DNA from: Candidatus Zambryskibacteria bacterium RIFOXYD1_FULL_40_13
GTDB lineage: Bacteria; Patescibacteriota; Minisyncoccia; Phycocordibacterales; DATDWN01
Length of the DNA: 64,000 bases
Assembly: GCA_001824295.1 (NCBI GenBank)
Contig: MHWY01000001.1
Location: 5,034-69,033 of the forward strand
Direction of reading: 5' to 3'
Part shown: piece by piece, positions 30,210 through 40,790 of the stretch
How the letters are laid out: each line of letters opens with the position of its first letter
Numbering within the stretch: the stretch's first letter is position 1
The notes under the pieces: generated by a model
What the model saw: only the letters and a program-made list of their open reading frames with translations
What the model was told of the DNA's origin: nothing
Database searches by the model: none
Made by a program: the position numbers and the translations under genes

Positions 30210-31889
30210 TTAGTTTGATAAAAACAATCTTCCTAAACGTAGTTTGAGATAACTAGTTTTCTTCTTTTGTTTGGTTAGAAAATTATAAACCGGAGAGAGG
30301 GTGGTAGTTTTACACTTTTTAAACGCAAGAAGGATGTCGTCTAGTTCACTCCTTTTTAACTCCCTCTTTAGATAAGTAACGTCCGGACATTTATTTTCAG
30401 CAATTAAATCTTCTATGTGTGAAACTATGGTTTCCTGCTTTACCCCCCTGGCTTCAGCAATATCCTTGAGTGGAACTTCTTCGGCCAGAAAACCCGCTGT
30501 GATTTCTTGTGATGATTTCTTAACCTCCCTATTTTGCTCTTTTTCTTTTCGTCGAATTTTTATTTTTTCTTCTGGCTCAATCTTTCGGAGCCACTCTTTT
30601 TGTTTTTCTAAAATTTCTTCCTTGGTCATTTCCTGCAATTTATCAGCTTCAGACTCAGACATTTTTTGAAATTCCAAATCTTTCTCCAAAACCTCTCCAT
30701 CTACTTCAAGCGACATCTCGTTGAAACCAAGAAGCTTCATACCATCGAGAGATCTGACGCGCGAAAGCGCCACATACCCCATCCCCCTTACAAAGGATTT
30801 TGACAAGTCTACTTCCATGGCATCTAGGGACATTCCCTGACTTTTGTGCACAGTGATGGCCCAGGCTAAACGAAGAGGTAGCTGGGATATTTCTGCCTTA
30901 ACCTTCCCTTCCTCCTCAATTTTCCACAACTGAGGGGTTACAGAAAACCTCATCCCATTATTTGTCTCTACGGTTGGGTCACCAAAATTATTGAAATCAA
31001 CCACAACACCCAAGGTACCGTTTACATATCCCCCTTCCATGTGGTTCTTGGTAAACATAACCCTTGCGCCGATTTTCAGTTCCAGTATTTCTGGAGAAAG
31101 ACAACTCTTTTTCAATGTCTCTACCAAACCGCGAGAGCCTCTGGAAGTCATATGATAACTTCTGGTGTCATTACTGATTAAGTCCAGGTGCCTTTTGTTT
31201 ACCACATCTACATCTATATTATGAGTATAAAGTCTGGTAGATTCTCTGGCTGACTGCGGATCTTTGTTAAAGCGACTTTTCAAAAGCTCTATTGTTTTGT
31301 CTGTAACTTTGTTTTGTCTAATCTGATTCAATATAGAAAGATATATATTGTCTCTCTGACGATGTTGCTCTGATATGTGACAAATAGTCAGTTTAGCGTC
31401 CTTCCAACACTCGGCCTTATAAGCAAACTCAGATTCAACTATTTCCCCACGAGTAATTGGTGGGAGCTGAAAAAAATCTCCAGATAGGACGACCTGCATT
31501 CCACCAAAAGGCTTCTCGTTGTGTTTCATCTGCCTGCATATCCACTCTATCAAATCCAGTCTAAAATGATGAAGCATTGATACTTCATCAATAATCAAAA
31601 CTTTGGTCCTATCAAATCTCTTATACAAATACGCTCTCTGCATCATTTCATCTATATCGTAGTCGGTCAGAATATCACGAATACCAATACCCGACCAAGA
31701 ATGTATCGTCTGTCCACCAAGGTGGGTCGCTGCTATACCGGTAGATGCGGTCACCGCCACATCCACTGCATGTGATTTTAAATATTGAATGTAGGAGTTA
31801 AGCACATGGGTTTTACCGCTCCCCGCAGGACCGGTCAGAAAAACATTTTTACCCATTTTTAATATATCCAGAGCTTCTTGTTGAGTCAC
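30210..31889 (-). CDS. PIF1-like helicase with C-terminal HTH
   Basis: TGPAGSGKT, IIDEVSM, GDFFQLPP, LAWAITVHKSQG, YVALSR. Confidence 0.93.
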   Translation of the reverse strand: MTQQEALDILKMGKNVFLTGPAGSGKTHVLNSYIQYLKSHAVDVAVTASTGIAATHLGGQTIHSWSGIGIRDILTDYDIDEMMQRAYLYKRFDRTKVLIIDEVSMLHHFRLDLIEWICRQMKHNEKPFGGMQVVLSGDFFQLPPITRGEIVESEFAYKAECWKDAKLTICHISEQHRQRDNIYLSILNQIRQNKVTDKTIELLKSRFNKDPQSARESTRLYTHNIDVDVVNKRHLDLISNDTRSYHMTSRGSRGLVETLKKSCLSPEILELKIGARVMFTKNHMEGGYVNGTLGVVVDFNNFGDPTVETNNGMRFSVTPQLWKIEEEGKVKAEISQLPLRLAWAITVHKSQGMSLDAMEVDLSKSFVRGMGYVALSRVRSLDGMKLLGFNEMSLEVDGEVLEKDLEFQKMSESEADKLQEMTKEEILEKQKEWLRKIEPEEKIKIRRKEKEQNREVKKSSQEITAGFLAEEVPLKDIAEARGVKQETIVSHIEDLIAENKCPDVTYLKRELKRSELDDILLAFKKCKTTTLSPVYNFLTKQKKKTSYLKLRLGRLFLSN

Positions 31890-31896
31890 CCAAACA

Positions 31897-32580
31897 TTAT
31901 ACCTTTTTGCTTTTTATCTTCCAGTTTTCAATATTTTTATGATTTCCAGACAACAACACTTTTGGCACTTTGTATTTTTTACCCTTGTATTCAAAAACTT
32001 CTGGTCTGGTGTAAACATCATGACTGGAAATACGAGATTCTTCCAAAGAATCAAAATTGCCGAGGACCCCCTCCACCTGCCTTGCCACACAATCCAAGAC
32101 AACCATAGCCGGCAATTCCCCACCGGTTAATATGAAAGGCCCGACAGAGATTTCTTCCATCTTGAAAACTTTTTTTACTCTGGCATCTATTCCCTCGTAT
32201 CTTCCACAAACAAGAATTATGTCCGTATATTTTTTCGCCGTCTTCTTTGCATAATCTGTATCAAACTGTTTGCCTCCAGGTGAAAAGAAAATGATTTTGA
32301 CTTTCGTATTTCTTGGATTTACTTTCGTCCTTCGCCTTTTGCCTTTCACCTTCGCAAGCGCTTTCTCTATTGCTTTTATTACTGGCAACGCTTGTAGCAC
32401 CATCCCAGGTCCTCCACTGTACGGCTTCTGGTCAACCCTTTTCCACTTATCACTAGAATAATCTCGTGGGTTATAAAAACTTACTTTTATTTTTTTGTCT
32501 TCTATGGCACGAGAAATAATCGACTCGTTTAGATACGAGCTGAAACTGTCAGAAAATAATGTGATTATGTGAAATCGCAT
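31897..32580 (-). CDS. trmD: tRNA (guanine-N1)-methyltransferase
   Basis: PYSGGPGM, CGRYEGIDAR, ILTGGE, YTRP. Confidence 0.97.
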   Translation of the reverse strand: MRFHIITLFSDSFSSYLNESIISRAIEDKKIKVSFYNPRDYSSDKWKRVDQKPYSGGPGMVLQALPVIKAIEKALAKVKGKRRRTKVNPRNTKVKIIFFSPGGKQFDTDYAKKTAKKYTDIILVCGRYEGIDARVKKVFKMEEISVGPFILTGGELPAMVVLDCVARQVEGVLGNFDSLEESRISSHDVYTRPEVFEYKGKKYKVPKVLLSGNHKNIENWKIKSKKV

Positions 32581-32688
32581 TTAGTATTTATAACACAAAT
32601 TTTGAATTCAGTACAGAAAAACACCCTCTTTCGAAGGGTGTTGCTTGTCCGCGACTGAATCCCCAAATGATCAGTCGCGGACAGCTTG

Positions 32689-32991
32689 TCACTCAGAAAC
32701 CACAATCTCCTTGGGTTTCATCAACGTCGGGCAGGTATCACCATCAAACCATACGTCGATGATGTTGGAAGTGTATCCCGGTGTCCCCGGCTCGACCAGA
32801 TTGACAATCGTACCAGACGCACCAGCGGGCACATTGGAGTGACGACCGTTTGATGCCACACGGGCACCAAGATAGAATACCTGCTCCGTGGATTGCGAGA
32901 TACCAACAATCCTCCCACTAACGGCTCGCCGCCCGACACTAAACCCTCCTGCCACTGTCACCACGAGGTCACCACATTTCGGGTGCTTCAT
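32689..32991 (-). CDS. Hypothetical protein (possible SH3/KOW-like beta fold)
   Basis: TTGACA-N17-TATTAT promoter, GAAAGGG SD, downstream hairpins. Confidence 0.6.
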   Translation of the reverse strand: MKHPKCGDLVVTVAGGFSVGRRAVSGRIVGISQSTEQVFYLGARVASNGRHSNVPAGASGTIVNLVEPGTPGYTSNIIDVWFDGDTCPTLMKPKEIVVSE

Positions 32992-33116
32992 AACCCCACC
33001 AACCCTTTCTGGTACCCAGGTACCAAGTTAACATTCCTACTTTGATAATACTGTATAATTTACTTATGTCAAGTATACGAAAAGGAGGGGCTACGTAACC
33101 CCCCCATGGACAGAGC

Positions 33117-33473
33117 TTAGGCAGCCGGTTTGTCATCACCGCCATGCCAGTGAGCTAAAATAGACCTCTTCAACTCCCTCTGCTGGCGAAACTGGTCAAT
33201 GCTGACCACCTTTTTCCTCATAATCCCCCGCCGGTGAATCGCTTTGTACGACCACCAAAATGGTAGCCACGCCCAAGCAACCACACCAACAAAAATAAGG
33301 ATGACCAATCCCGACACGAAGGTCTCTCGTTCAGAGTGGGTCAAACTCCGAACGAAGACGATTAGACCCCTGTACATCTGGGGTCCACTTCCAGCAATGA
33401 TGATGCCATAGATGATGGCCACCGCCACAACGACTGACAACGTAACTGCTCTCTTGATGGTGTGTGTTAACAT
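33117..33473 (-). CDS. Hypothetical membrane protein
   Basis: Two TM segments, AGGAGGT SD, TGTTATAAT upstream, hairpin plus T run downstream. Confidence 0.65.
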   Translation of the reverse strand: MLTHTIKRAVTLSVVVAVAIIYGIIIAGSGPQMYRGLIVFVRSLTHSERETFVSGLVILIFVGVVAWAWLPFWWSYKAIHRRGIMRKKVVSIDQFRQQRELKRSILAHWHGGDDKPAA

Positions 33474-33555
33474 ACCCACCTCCTACTATTATTATAACAT
33501 ATAAAAACAAAAAACACCATATAGGTGTCTTTTGTTAAGTTTATATTTTCAAAAT

Positions 33556-33681
33556 CCTAAAAGATAATTGTGGATGAAGTTCAAGGCGCGACGTTTTGTT
33601 TGTGACCAAGCTGTATAGAAATACTGCGCATGGAACAAATAAAACTAGCAACGCAGAAATTCGCCAAATTAGATTTTTAGG
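33556..33681 (+). repeat. Structured dispersed element, family B copy 2
   Basis: tggatgaagttcaaggc...aacgcagaaattcgccaaa matches the ends of copy 1; overlaps the khpA stop. Confidence 0.65.
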
Positions 33682-33983
33682 TCGGCCATGGCGTCATCTA
33701 GGGATTTGGTCGCTCCCGCCTTCACCTCCGGCATAGCCCCTTCTGGTTCATTTATTTTAAGGTTTACCCGTGAGTTATTCTTCATTCCCACAACACGAAG
33801 TAGTGTTCTGATAGCCTTTGCTGTATTACCCTCACGACCGATTATTTTACCCATATCATCCTTATGAACATCTAGGTTCATAAGTACCCCCATCTCATCT
33901 ACAGTTCTCACAATCTTCACGTCTTCTGGATGCTCAACTAACGCCTTAACAACGAAATCTAAAAATTGTACGTCTTTTTCCAT
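33669..33983 (-). CDS. khpA: KH-domain RNA-binding protein KhpA
   Basis: DMGKIIGREGNTAKAIR; in rpsP-trmD context. Confidence 0.9.
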   Translation of the reverse strand: MEKDVQFLDFVVKALVEHPEDVKIVRTVDEMGVLMNLDVHKDDMGKIIGREGNTAKAIRTLLRVVGMKNNSRVNLKINEPEGAMPEVKAGATKSLDDAMADLKI

Positions 33984-34128
33984 GATGAATTCTATCGATT
34001 AATTGTAAAAGAATACGGTTTTATTATATCAACAAAAATCAAAAATCGTCAACATGGTGGTGAATCCCAACCCACTCCCTAGGTGTTGGTAACCGTGAGC
34101 TAAGACCCACCACTAGATTGACGAATTT

Positions 34129-34566
34129 TTAGGCTTCTATTTTCTCTGCAACTGGGGTAGGCGCCTCCTCAGATACTGCCTCGGCAGGAGTTTCGTCTAG
34201 AACCACAGGTTCAGCGGGAGATTCAAGAGAAGCACTCTCTTCTGCTACTGCAGGGGAAGCCTTTGGCTCTTCCACAGCCTCTTTCAAAATAGCTTTCTTT
34301 AGTGGCAAAACATTAACTTTCTTACCAGTAATAATTTTCTTACTTATTAGAATATTATGAACAGTTCCAGAGACCTGAGCACCCTTTGATATCCATTCTG
34401 ATATCTTGTCAGCCTTAAAGTTTGAGGCCTCGCCGTGTCTTGAGTCATAACTGCCAAGATTTTCCAAATATCTTCCACTTTTTGTTGAGTTTTTTGAGTC
34501 AGTCAAAACCAAGCGAAATGTCGGTTCGTGCTTTCTTCCTACTCTTTGTAGTCTTATCTTTAACAT
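34129..34566 (-). CDS. rpsP: 30S ribosomal protein S16 with acidic C-terminal tail
   Basis: MLKIRLQRVGRK, LGSYD, GAQVS. Confidence 0.96.
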   Translation of the reverse strand: MLKIRLQRVGRKHEPTFRLVLTDSKNSTKSGRYLENLGSYDSRHGEASNFKADKISEWISKGAQVSGTVHNILISKKIITGKKVNVLPLKKAILKEAVEEPKASPAVAEESASLESPAEPVVLDETPAEAVSEEAPTPVAEKIEA

Positions 34567-34683
34567 GGTGGCTATACTAACAGAATAGAACCAAATGGTC
34601 AAATGTGCCTTAGACAAAAAGGAATTCGCGACTTACGCCCGACCACGCGGACCGCACGAACCCCCTCTTCGCAAACGCCTGGT

Positions 34684-34974
34684 TCATCGGGCTACCTCCT
34701 CTTGGAGGCCGTTCCTCCTTCGCCTCTCTTCTTGAAGATACCTGGCTCTGTCGAGCCTGTTTTCGAGAACCCTGACCAGCTCCGGATTGCAGGTCAATGT
34801 CTTGAGGTAGCCAAGATGCATACCACTTTCGTCGAGGAGAAGCTGAATCTCCCCAACAGAGCTATGGGAGTCAAGCTCCCTTAGCTTTTGCGCATACTCA
34901 ACGAGTTCGCAAGGTAATTTGCGTGACAACACCTCACCCCTTTCAAGTGGGCCGGATTGGCCCGAGAACACCAA
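34684..34974 (-). CDS. Hypothetical protein (start uncertain)
   Basis: GC-richer ORF; GAAAGGGG SD near 34940 suggests a start near 34930. Confidence 0.45.
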   Translation of the reverse strand: MVFSGQSGPLERGEVLSRKLPCELVEYAQKLRELDSHSSVGEIQLLLDESGMHLGYLKTLTCNPELVRVLENRLDRARYLQEERRRRNGLQEEVAR

Positions 34975-35034
34975 GCTTACCTAGCCAAAATATAGCATTT
35001 ATCCCAAAAACAGTAAATGTGTTATAGTATTTTG

Positions 35035-36966
35035 ATGAAAGAGCAGAAAAACAAGAAAACTTTAGTTGGCCCAATCAGCATCAACACAAAAGGTGTTGGC
35101 TTTTTTGACATCCTAGACAAAGACAGCATTGAGATACAACCAGAGTTTGTACACCGTGCATTCCATGGTGACACTGTTGAAATTTCTTTAACGGGAAAGA
35201 AAATAAAAAACAGAGAACAAGGAAAAGTAACCAAAATAGTAAAGAGAGTTAAAGATGAGTTTGTGGGGGTGATAGATAGACATGACGGTAGCACTTTTAT
35301 CATTCCGGACGACAAAAGATTATATGTGGATATTTTCCTACCAAACGAGCCAAAGGTTTCCGAGGGAGATAAGGTTTTGGTGAAAATCACAGACTGGGAA
35401 TCAAAAAATCTGGAAGGAAAAATAATAAAAGTCATTGGCAAAAAAGGTGAAAACAATACAGAGATGGAATCCATTGTTCTGGAAAAAGGATTTCGCATTG
35501 AATTCCCTACCGAAGTAACAACAGAAGCTGAAAGGATAAAAAGTGAATACAAGGCACATTTTGAAGAAGAGGTAAAAAATCGCAGAGACATGCGTAAAGC
35601 TTTAACCATGACCATAGACCCCGCCGACGCCAAAGACTTTGATGACGCCATTTCCTTCAAAGATTTGGGGGGCGACCAATACGAGATAGGTATTCATATT
35701 GCCGATGTTTCCTACTTTGTCACTCCAGGAACCAAGCTTGACCGTGAATCAGAAAAGCGTGGACTTTCTGTCTATCTTGTAGATAGAACAATACCCATGT
35801 TGCCGGAGGTGTTATCAAATGACCTGTGCTCTCTCAACCCAAACGAAGATAAATTTACTTTTTCTGCTGTTTTTACAATGACAGGAGAAGGAAAAGTTTT
35901 AAAAGAATGGTTTGGTCGCACATCAATACACAGTGACAAGAGATTTTCATATGAAGAAGCACAGGAAGTAATAGATGGAAAAAAGCCAGGTCCACACCAG
36001 TTAGAACTTCGTAAACTAAAAGATATAGCCCAGAAACTAGAGAAGAAAAAAAGTAATGAAGGTGCAATGGTTTTTGATACCGAAGAAGTAAAGTTTGAGT
36101 TAGATAAAACAGGCAAGCCAATCCGTGTATATAAAAAAAGCCGACTAGAAACACACAAACTAGTTGAAGAGTTTATGTTACTTGCAAACCGTGCTGTGGC
36201 AAAATTTGTTTTCCTTTCACAAAATAAAGATTTAAGAAAAAAAGGTTCACAGTCTGTTTATAGAATTCACCCTAAACCAGACCCAGAGCGAATACAAACT
36301 CTAGCAACATTTCTTAAGGCAATGGGTTTTGATTTAAAAAACAAGGATGGTGTAGTTACTTCAAAAGATTTAAACGCCTTATTGAAGGAAGCCAAAGGAA
36401 CTCCAAACGAAGAACTCATAAACACTGCAACTATTCGCAGTATGGCAAAGGCAACATATTCTACAAAGAACATCGGGCATTTTAGTTTGGCCTTTGCTTA
36501 CTACACCCACTTCACTTCACCAATCAGAAGATACCCAGATGTCCTTGTTCATCGTTTTCTAGAGCGTGAATTAAAAGGAGGGAAAATAGAGAAAGATGAA
36601 TATCAAAAGTTTGAAAGTATTTGTTTGGCTTCTTCTGAGTTAGAGAAAAAAGCATCGGACGCCGAGAGAGCAAGTATAAAATACAAACAGGTAGAATATA
36701 TGACAGAGCATGTCGGAGAAGAATTTAATGGATCAATTACGGGTGTGACTGAATGGGGCATCTATATAGAAGACAAGGAAACAAAATGTGAAGGTATGGT
36801 AAAACTTCGTGACCTCGACGACGACTACTATGTTTTAGACGAGAAAAATTACACGGTCAAAGGAGAGAAAAGTGGACGAAAATTTACCCTGGGAGATTCC
36901 GTAAGATTTAAAGTCGTATCTGCTGATATGGAAAAAAGAGTTTTGGATTACAAACTGGTTAGCTAG
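35035..36966 (+). CDS. rnr: Ribonuclease R
   Basis: TIDPADAKDFDDA, EEFMLLAN, HFTSPIRRYPD, C-terminal S1 domain. Confidence 0.95.
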   Translation: MKEQKNKKTLVGPISINTKGVGFFDILDKDSIEIQPEFVHRAFHGDTVEISLTGKKIKNREQGKVTKIVKRVKDEFVGVIDRHDGSTFIIPDDKRLYVDIFLPNEPKVSEGDKVLVKITDWESKNLEGKIIKVIGKKGENNTEMESIVLEKGFRIEFPTEVTTEAERIKSEYKAHFEEEVKNRRDMRKALTMTIDPADAKDFDDAISFKDLGGDQYEIGIHIADVSYFVTPGTKLDRESEKRGLSVYLVDRTIPMLPEVLSNDLCSLNPNEDKFTFSAVFTMTGEGKVLKEWFGRTSIHSDKRFSYEEAQEVIDGKKPGPHQLELRKLKDIAQKLEKKKSNEGAMVFDTEEVKFELDKTGKPIRVYKKSRLETHKLVEEFMLLANRAVAKFVFLSQNKDLRKKGSQSVYRIHPKPDPERIQTLATFLKAMGFDLKNKDGVVTSKDLNALLKEAKGTPNEELINTATIRSMAKATYSTKNIGHFSLAFAYYTHFTSPIRRYPDVLVHRFLERELKGGKIEKDEYQKFESICLASSELEKKASDAERASIKYKQVEYMTEHVGEEFNGSITGVTEWGIYIEDKETKCEGMVKLRDLDDDYYVLDEKNYTVKGEKSGRKFTLGDSVRFKVVSADMEKRVLDYKLVS

Positions 36967-37018
36967 CCCTTTCTTTTTCTCCAAAAGTGTTATATAATAT
37001 AGAAGGAGGTGTCACGCC

Positions 37019-37447
37019 ATGGTAGCAAGAGTGTTACAGTGGCTTCAGGTGATGCCACTGAAAAAGAAACGGGAGAAAAAACTCCGCGGAATCGCTCTGG
37101 CGGTCAAAACCGCGGGGGACATCGCAGAAGCCGGAAGGCTTGATGTCGTAGAGAGAGACCACAATCCCCCGATGGGAGTCTGCGCCAGAATCCAAGTTCA
37201 TACTAGGTTCATGGTCCTTACTCGGGTGAAAGATGTGGAGCCACCGGCATACTTCCCAGAGTGGAAAGAATTCTGGTGGTGGATTAATCTCCGCCCACGG
37301 CACTTTCCGGCAACTCCAGAAGAGCCGTCGCCACATATTCCAGGGGCGCGTGAGATTCACTGGATTGAATTCCGGTTCGAGAGAAGAACAGATTGTCGGG
37401 AGCTCTCCGACCCCAGCACGCACCTCACGATTAAGTCGTGGGAATAA
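37019..37447 (+). CDS. Hypothetical protein
   Basis: AGGAGGT SD, TATAAT upstream, aacccccaa/ttgggggtt hairpin downstream. Confidence 0.6.
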   Translation: MVARVLQWLQVMPLKKKREKKLRGIALAVKTAGDIAEAGRLDVVERDHNPPMGVCARIQVHTRFMVLTRVKDVEPPAYFPEWKEFWWWINLRPRHFPATPEEPSPHIPGAREIHWIEFRFERRTDCRELSDPSTHLTIKSWE

Positions 37448-37579
37448 CCCCCAAGCAAGTCGTCTGCGTGACGGCAAGCTTTGGGGGTTTTCGTATGTAA
37501 AAATCTTACTGACCAAAAAACATGTTAGCTCTGAGGATTTTTGTTCGAGTTTGAAATGAGTGATTTATTAAAAGACGCT

Positions 37580-37699
37580 AAACTTCCAAATCTAGATGAA
37601 ATCCGACGTGAGAAATTAAAAAGGCGAAGAGCCTTACTTGTCGTAAGGTGATGAGCATTTTTAATTTGGGAACGAGGAGTTCGCCAGATTTGGAAGTTT
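37580..37699 (+). repeat. Structured dispersed element, family B copy 3
   Basis: Perfect 14-bp terminal inverted repeat; inner stems aaattaaaaa/tttttaattt and ccttac/gtaagg; abuts the smc stop. Confidence 0.8.
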
Positions 37700-39966
37700 T
37701 ACTTAGCTATGGTAACAGCTTCTTCAAAAGCAACAGACAGTAACTTTGATCCCCCGCCCATTCCCATAGTCACACCATACAAGACACCAGCCCGAGACAT
37801 TGTTTCGCGGTTATGAGTAATTAAAATAAGTTGAGAATATTTTGAAAGACTCTCTATCATGTCTCCATATTTTTTTGAATTGGCCTCATCAAGTGCCGCA
37901 TCTGTTTCATCTAGAATAATAAATGGTGGAGGGTTGACCTGAGAAATAGCGAAGAGGAGAGCAATGGAGGTAAGTGCCCTCTCTCCACCCGAAAGCATCA
38001 TAAGACCCTTTATTTTTTTCTTTGGGAGATTGACCTCAATATCGATTCCCTCCTCCTCCCCTGCTTCGTCAAGACTACGCAGAGCAAGCTCTTCTTCAGA
38101 AATTTCTCCTCCGTCTAATAATTCATCAACTTCTGACTTTTTGCGTTTTGGTGGAGTAACAATAGATAATCTTGCCTCGCCACCCCCAAACATAACAATA
38201 AAATACTCTCGAAACTGGATATTTATTTTTTCCACTCCATTTTTGAACTCAACAGAAAGTCTGGCATCTAGATCAGAAATGAGTTCAGTAAGGGAGGTTG
38301 CTGTTTTCTCCAAATCCGCAAGCTCCTTCTCTAGAAATGCATCCCTCTCGCTCGCTTCTGTGTATTCCTTGAGCACATCAGCCCCACCAGCTCCGCCCGA
38401 ATCTTCTAGTCTGATTTTTATTTTTTCTATTTTGCGTCTGCGTTCCTCTTGAATGTGCCTATCTTCATTAAAATCAAATGCCAGGTCTTGAAAATGTAAG
38501 ACATGCGTGCCAAGCATCATACCAAGTTCTGTTAGCTCCCTCTTGAAATCCTCTTGCACAAGATGCAGAGTCTCCTCCTCTGTTTTTAAACTACGTAACC
38601 TAGACCTCACTTCTTGAGATTCCGCCATAACACGAAAAACCGCTTTTTCTGCGTCTCGGTTTGAATCCTTTTCCTTCTCTATTTTATTTTGCAGTGCAGT
38701 ATATTGAAATGCTAACTGACTTTCTTTATCTTTTATTTCTTCAAGTGACTTTTCAATATTTTCCTTTGATTCTTTCAGGTTTTCAATATCTTTCTCCGCT
38801 TCAGTTAGAAGAGACATGTCTATCTTATCTTTGTTTTTATCAACAAAAGCAGATAAAATTTCTCCCACCTCATCCAAGACACGAAGAAGAGTATCAATAT
38901 CCCCGGCTTTCTTTGCCTCGATAATTTTGGCCTCAATCTGTGCAGATAAGCTCTCAACAGAAACAAGGGTTACTGTCTTGTGTTCCAGAGAGTGAGCAAC
39001 TTCTTCTTGTTTTTTGACCATCCTTATGAGAGAAGAGACTTCCCCATCAATTTTTCCAACCTCGCGAAACAAATTATCCTTCTCACTTCTCACTTTAAAA
39101 AGATTCTGCTCAAGCTCAATTAACTCCTCAGAGGTTGCGTCTCTATGCTTTGCTCCCTCAAGAACAGCCCGAGCCTCACTTAATTCGTTGTTTAGCTCTT
39201 TTTCTTTCTGAATCAAGGGCCACCTCTCTGTCTCAATCCTTGTGGTTGTAACCTTTATATACTCATCTTCTCTCTTGCAATACTCCAATGCTTCTTTCTG
39301 TAATTCTTCCCTAAGTTCAATGGATTTCTGCACCTTTTCAACCTGCTTCTTTAAAAACCTGATGTGTGGCATTATTTCTCGGCGAAGAGACTGAGTCTGA
39401 GCAATATTTTCTTGGGTTTTTGCTAGTTTCTTTTCACTCTCCTGCTTTTTGTATTGATACATCTTGAGGCCTAATGCATCCTCAATCATGGACTTTCTTT
39501 CCTTTATATTGGCGTTTAGTATTCTGTCCGCCTCACCTTGAGAAATAATATGGTGTCCCGATGAGCCAATATGAGCACTAGACAGTAGTTCTACTACATC
39601 CCTGAGGCGCACCTGTGAGCCATTTATTAGATATTCATTTACCGAGTCACGATGAACAACACGCTCAATAGTGACTGTGTCATAGTCTATTGGAAGAAAT
39701 TTACTACTGTTATCAAAAACAATTTTTACGCTTGCTCTGTTGGCTCTAGGTGTGTCTGGAGAACCGTTCCAGATAAGGTCTTCACCCTTTTTTCCTCTGA
39801 GAGACTTTATTGACTGCTCACCCAAAACAAAACTGAATGACTCAGCTACATTAGATTTTCCCGACCCATTTGGGCCCACAATTGCCGAAATTTTGGATGT
39901 GAACTGAAGCTCGCTCTTTTTGGCGAAACTTTTGAATCCCGTGAGTTCAATGCTCTTTAAATACAT
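37699..39966 (-). CDS. smc: SMC-family ATPase, short form
   Basis: GFKSF, GPNGSGKSN, IISQG, LSGGE, LDETDAALD, ITH; 755 aa. Confidence 0.88.
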   Translation of the reverse strand: MYLKSIELTGFKSFAKKSELQFTSKISAIVGPNGSGKSNVAESFSFVLGEQSIKSLRGKKGEDLIWNGSPDTPRANRASVKIVFDNSSKFLPIDYDTVTIERVVHRDSVNEYLINGSQVRLRDVVELLSSAHIGSSGHHIISQGEADRILNANIKERKSMIEDALGLKMYQYKKQESEKKLAKTQENIAQTQSLRREIMPHIRFLKKQVEKVQKSIELREELQKEALEYCKREDEYIKVTTTRIETERWPLIQKEKELNNELSEARAVLEGAKHRDATSEELIELEQNLFKVRSEKDNLFREVGKIDGEVSSLIRMVKKQEEVAHSLEHKTVTLVSVESLSAQIEAKIIEAKKAGDIDTLLRVLDEVGEILSAFVDKNKDKIDMSLLTEAEKDIENLKESKENIEKSLEEIKDKESQLAFQYTALQNKIEKEKDSNRDAEKAVFRVMAESQEVRSRLRSLKTEEETLHLVQEDFKRELTELGMMLGTHVLHFQDLAFDFNEDRHIQEERRRKIEKIKIRLEDSGGAGGADVLKEYTEASERDAFLEKELADLEKTATSLTELISDLDARLSVEFKNGVEKINIQFREYFIVMFGGGEARLSIVTPPKRKKSEVDELLDGGEISEEELALRSLDEAGEEEGIDIEVNLPKKKIKGLMMLSGGERALTSIALLFAISQVNPPPFIILDETDAALDEANSKKYGDMIESLSKYSQLILITHNRETMSRAGVLYGVTMGMGGGSKLLSVAFEEAVTIAK

Positions 39967-40032
39967 ACCGAATCAGTATATCAAATTTTTTTGATAACAG
40001 AAAAAGCACACCCGAGAAAGCCGTGTGCCTTT

Positions 40033-40674
40033 TCATTGTGTGCTTACCACCCCCTTCTTGCCGTAGTTCTTGAACACCATCACGTGGAAAACAAGCTGGT
40101 TAAATTCCTCAACAAAAATCAGCTCGCCTTCCTGCATTTTTTTTGTCAGATACTCTCGTATCCAGTTGATGTCACCCTTCTTGGCGATATCAACCGTAGA
40201 GCCCGTTAGGTGAGATGACCTCCGAGGACCAGTCGTCTCCACTGCATTAGAGTTTATCTTTGCGATAACTCTTTGTCGTGGCACAGAACGAACTGCTGAA
40301 TTCACTTGGACTGGGTCGGTGAATCCAGTCTGAAACGCATGGGCAAGGCCCAAGTCGTCCAGAAAACTGCGAGTCCACGGGAGACAATAGCGGTACTGTG
40401 CTGGTAGTCGGTAGTCTACCCGCACAAACAGGTTGTGAGGAAGGGGTGCAAGGGTGCCGTCTTTGACAAGCCTTGCCAGCTGTTTGTCGTTCTTGATTTT
40501 GACCAACCCTTCTCTGTCTGCCTGTTCATTCTGCCTTATCGCAAGCTCTCTCCGCTCCTCTATCGAGAGCTTATGTATCTCTGTTTGTGGGGATAGTGGA
40601 TTTGGCATAGTCCAAACCACATCACCAAACCACAAAAGAGAAACTAGTAAACAAAACGTGGTCCTAGTCAGCAT
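40033..40674 (-). CDS. DUF5715-like exported protein (M15-type peptidase fold)
   Basis: Signal-like N-terminus, SAVRS, SSHLTGSTVDI, VFHV. Confidence 0.7.
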   Translation of the reverse strand: MLTRTTFCLLVSLLWFGDVVWTMPNPLSPQTEIHKLSIEERRELAIRQNEQADREGLVKIKNDKQLARLVKDGTLAPLPHNLFVRVDYRLPAQYRYCLPWTRSFLDDLGLAHAFQTGFTDPVQVNSAVRSVPRQRVIAKINSNAVETTGPRRSSHLTGSTVDIAKKGDINWIREYLTKKMQEGELIFVEEFNQLVFHVMVFKNYGKKGVVSTQ

Positions 40675-40790
40675 GTGCTGTCCTTTCAAATAACAGGATT
40701 ACTGGGGGCGTCTATTTTTATAGTAACACAGTTATTTTTTTTACAACAAAAAACCCGCATGAAGCAGTTCACTCTTTTTGTTTTTATGAT

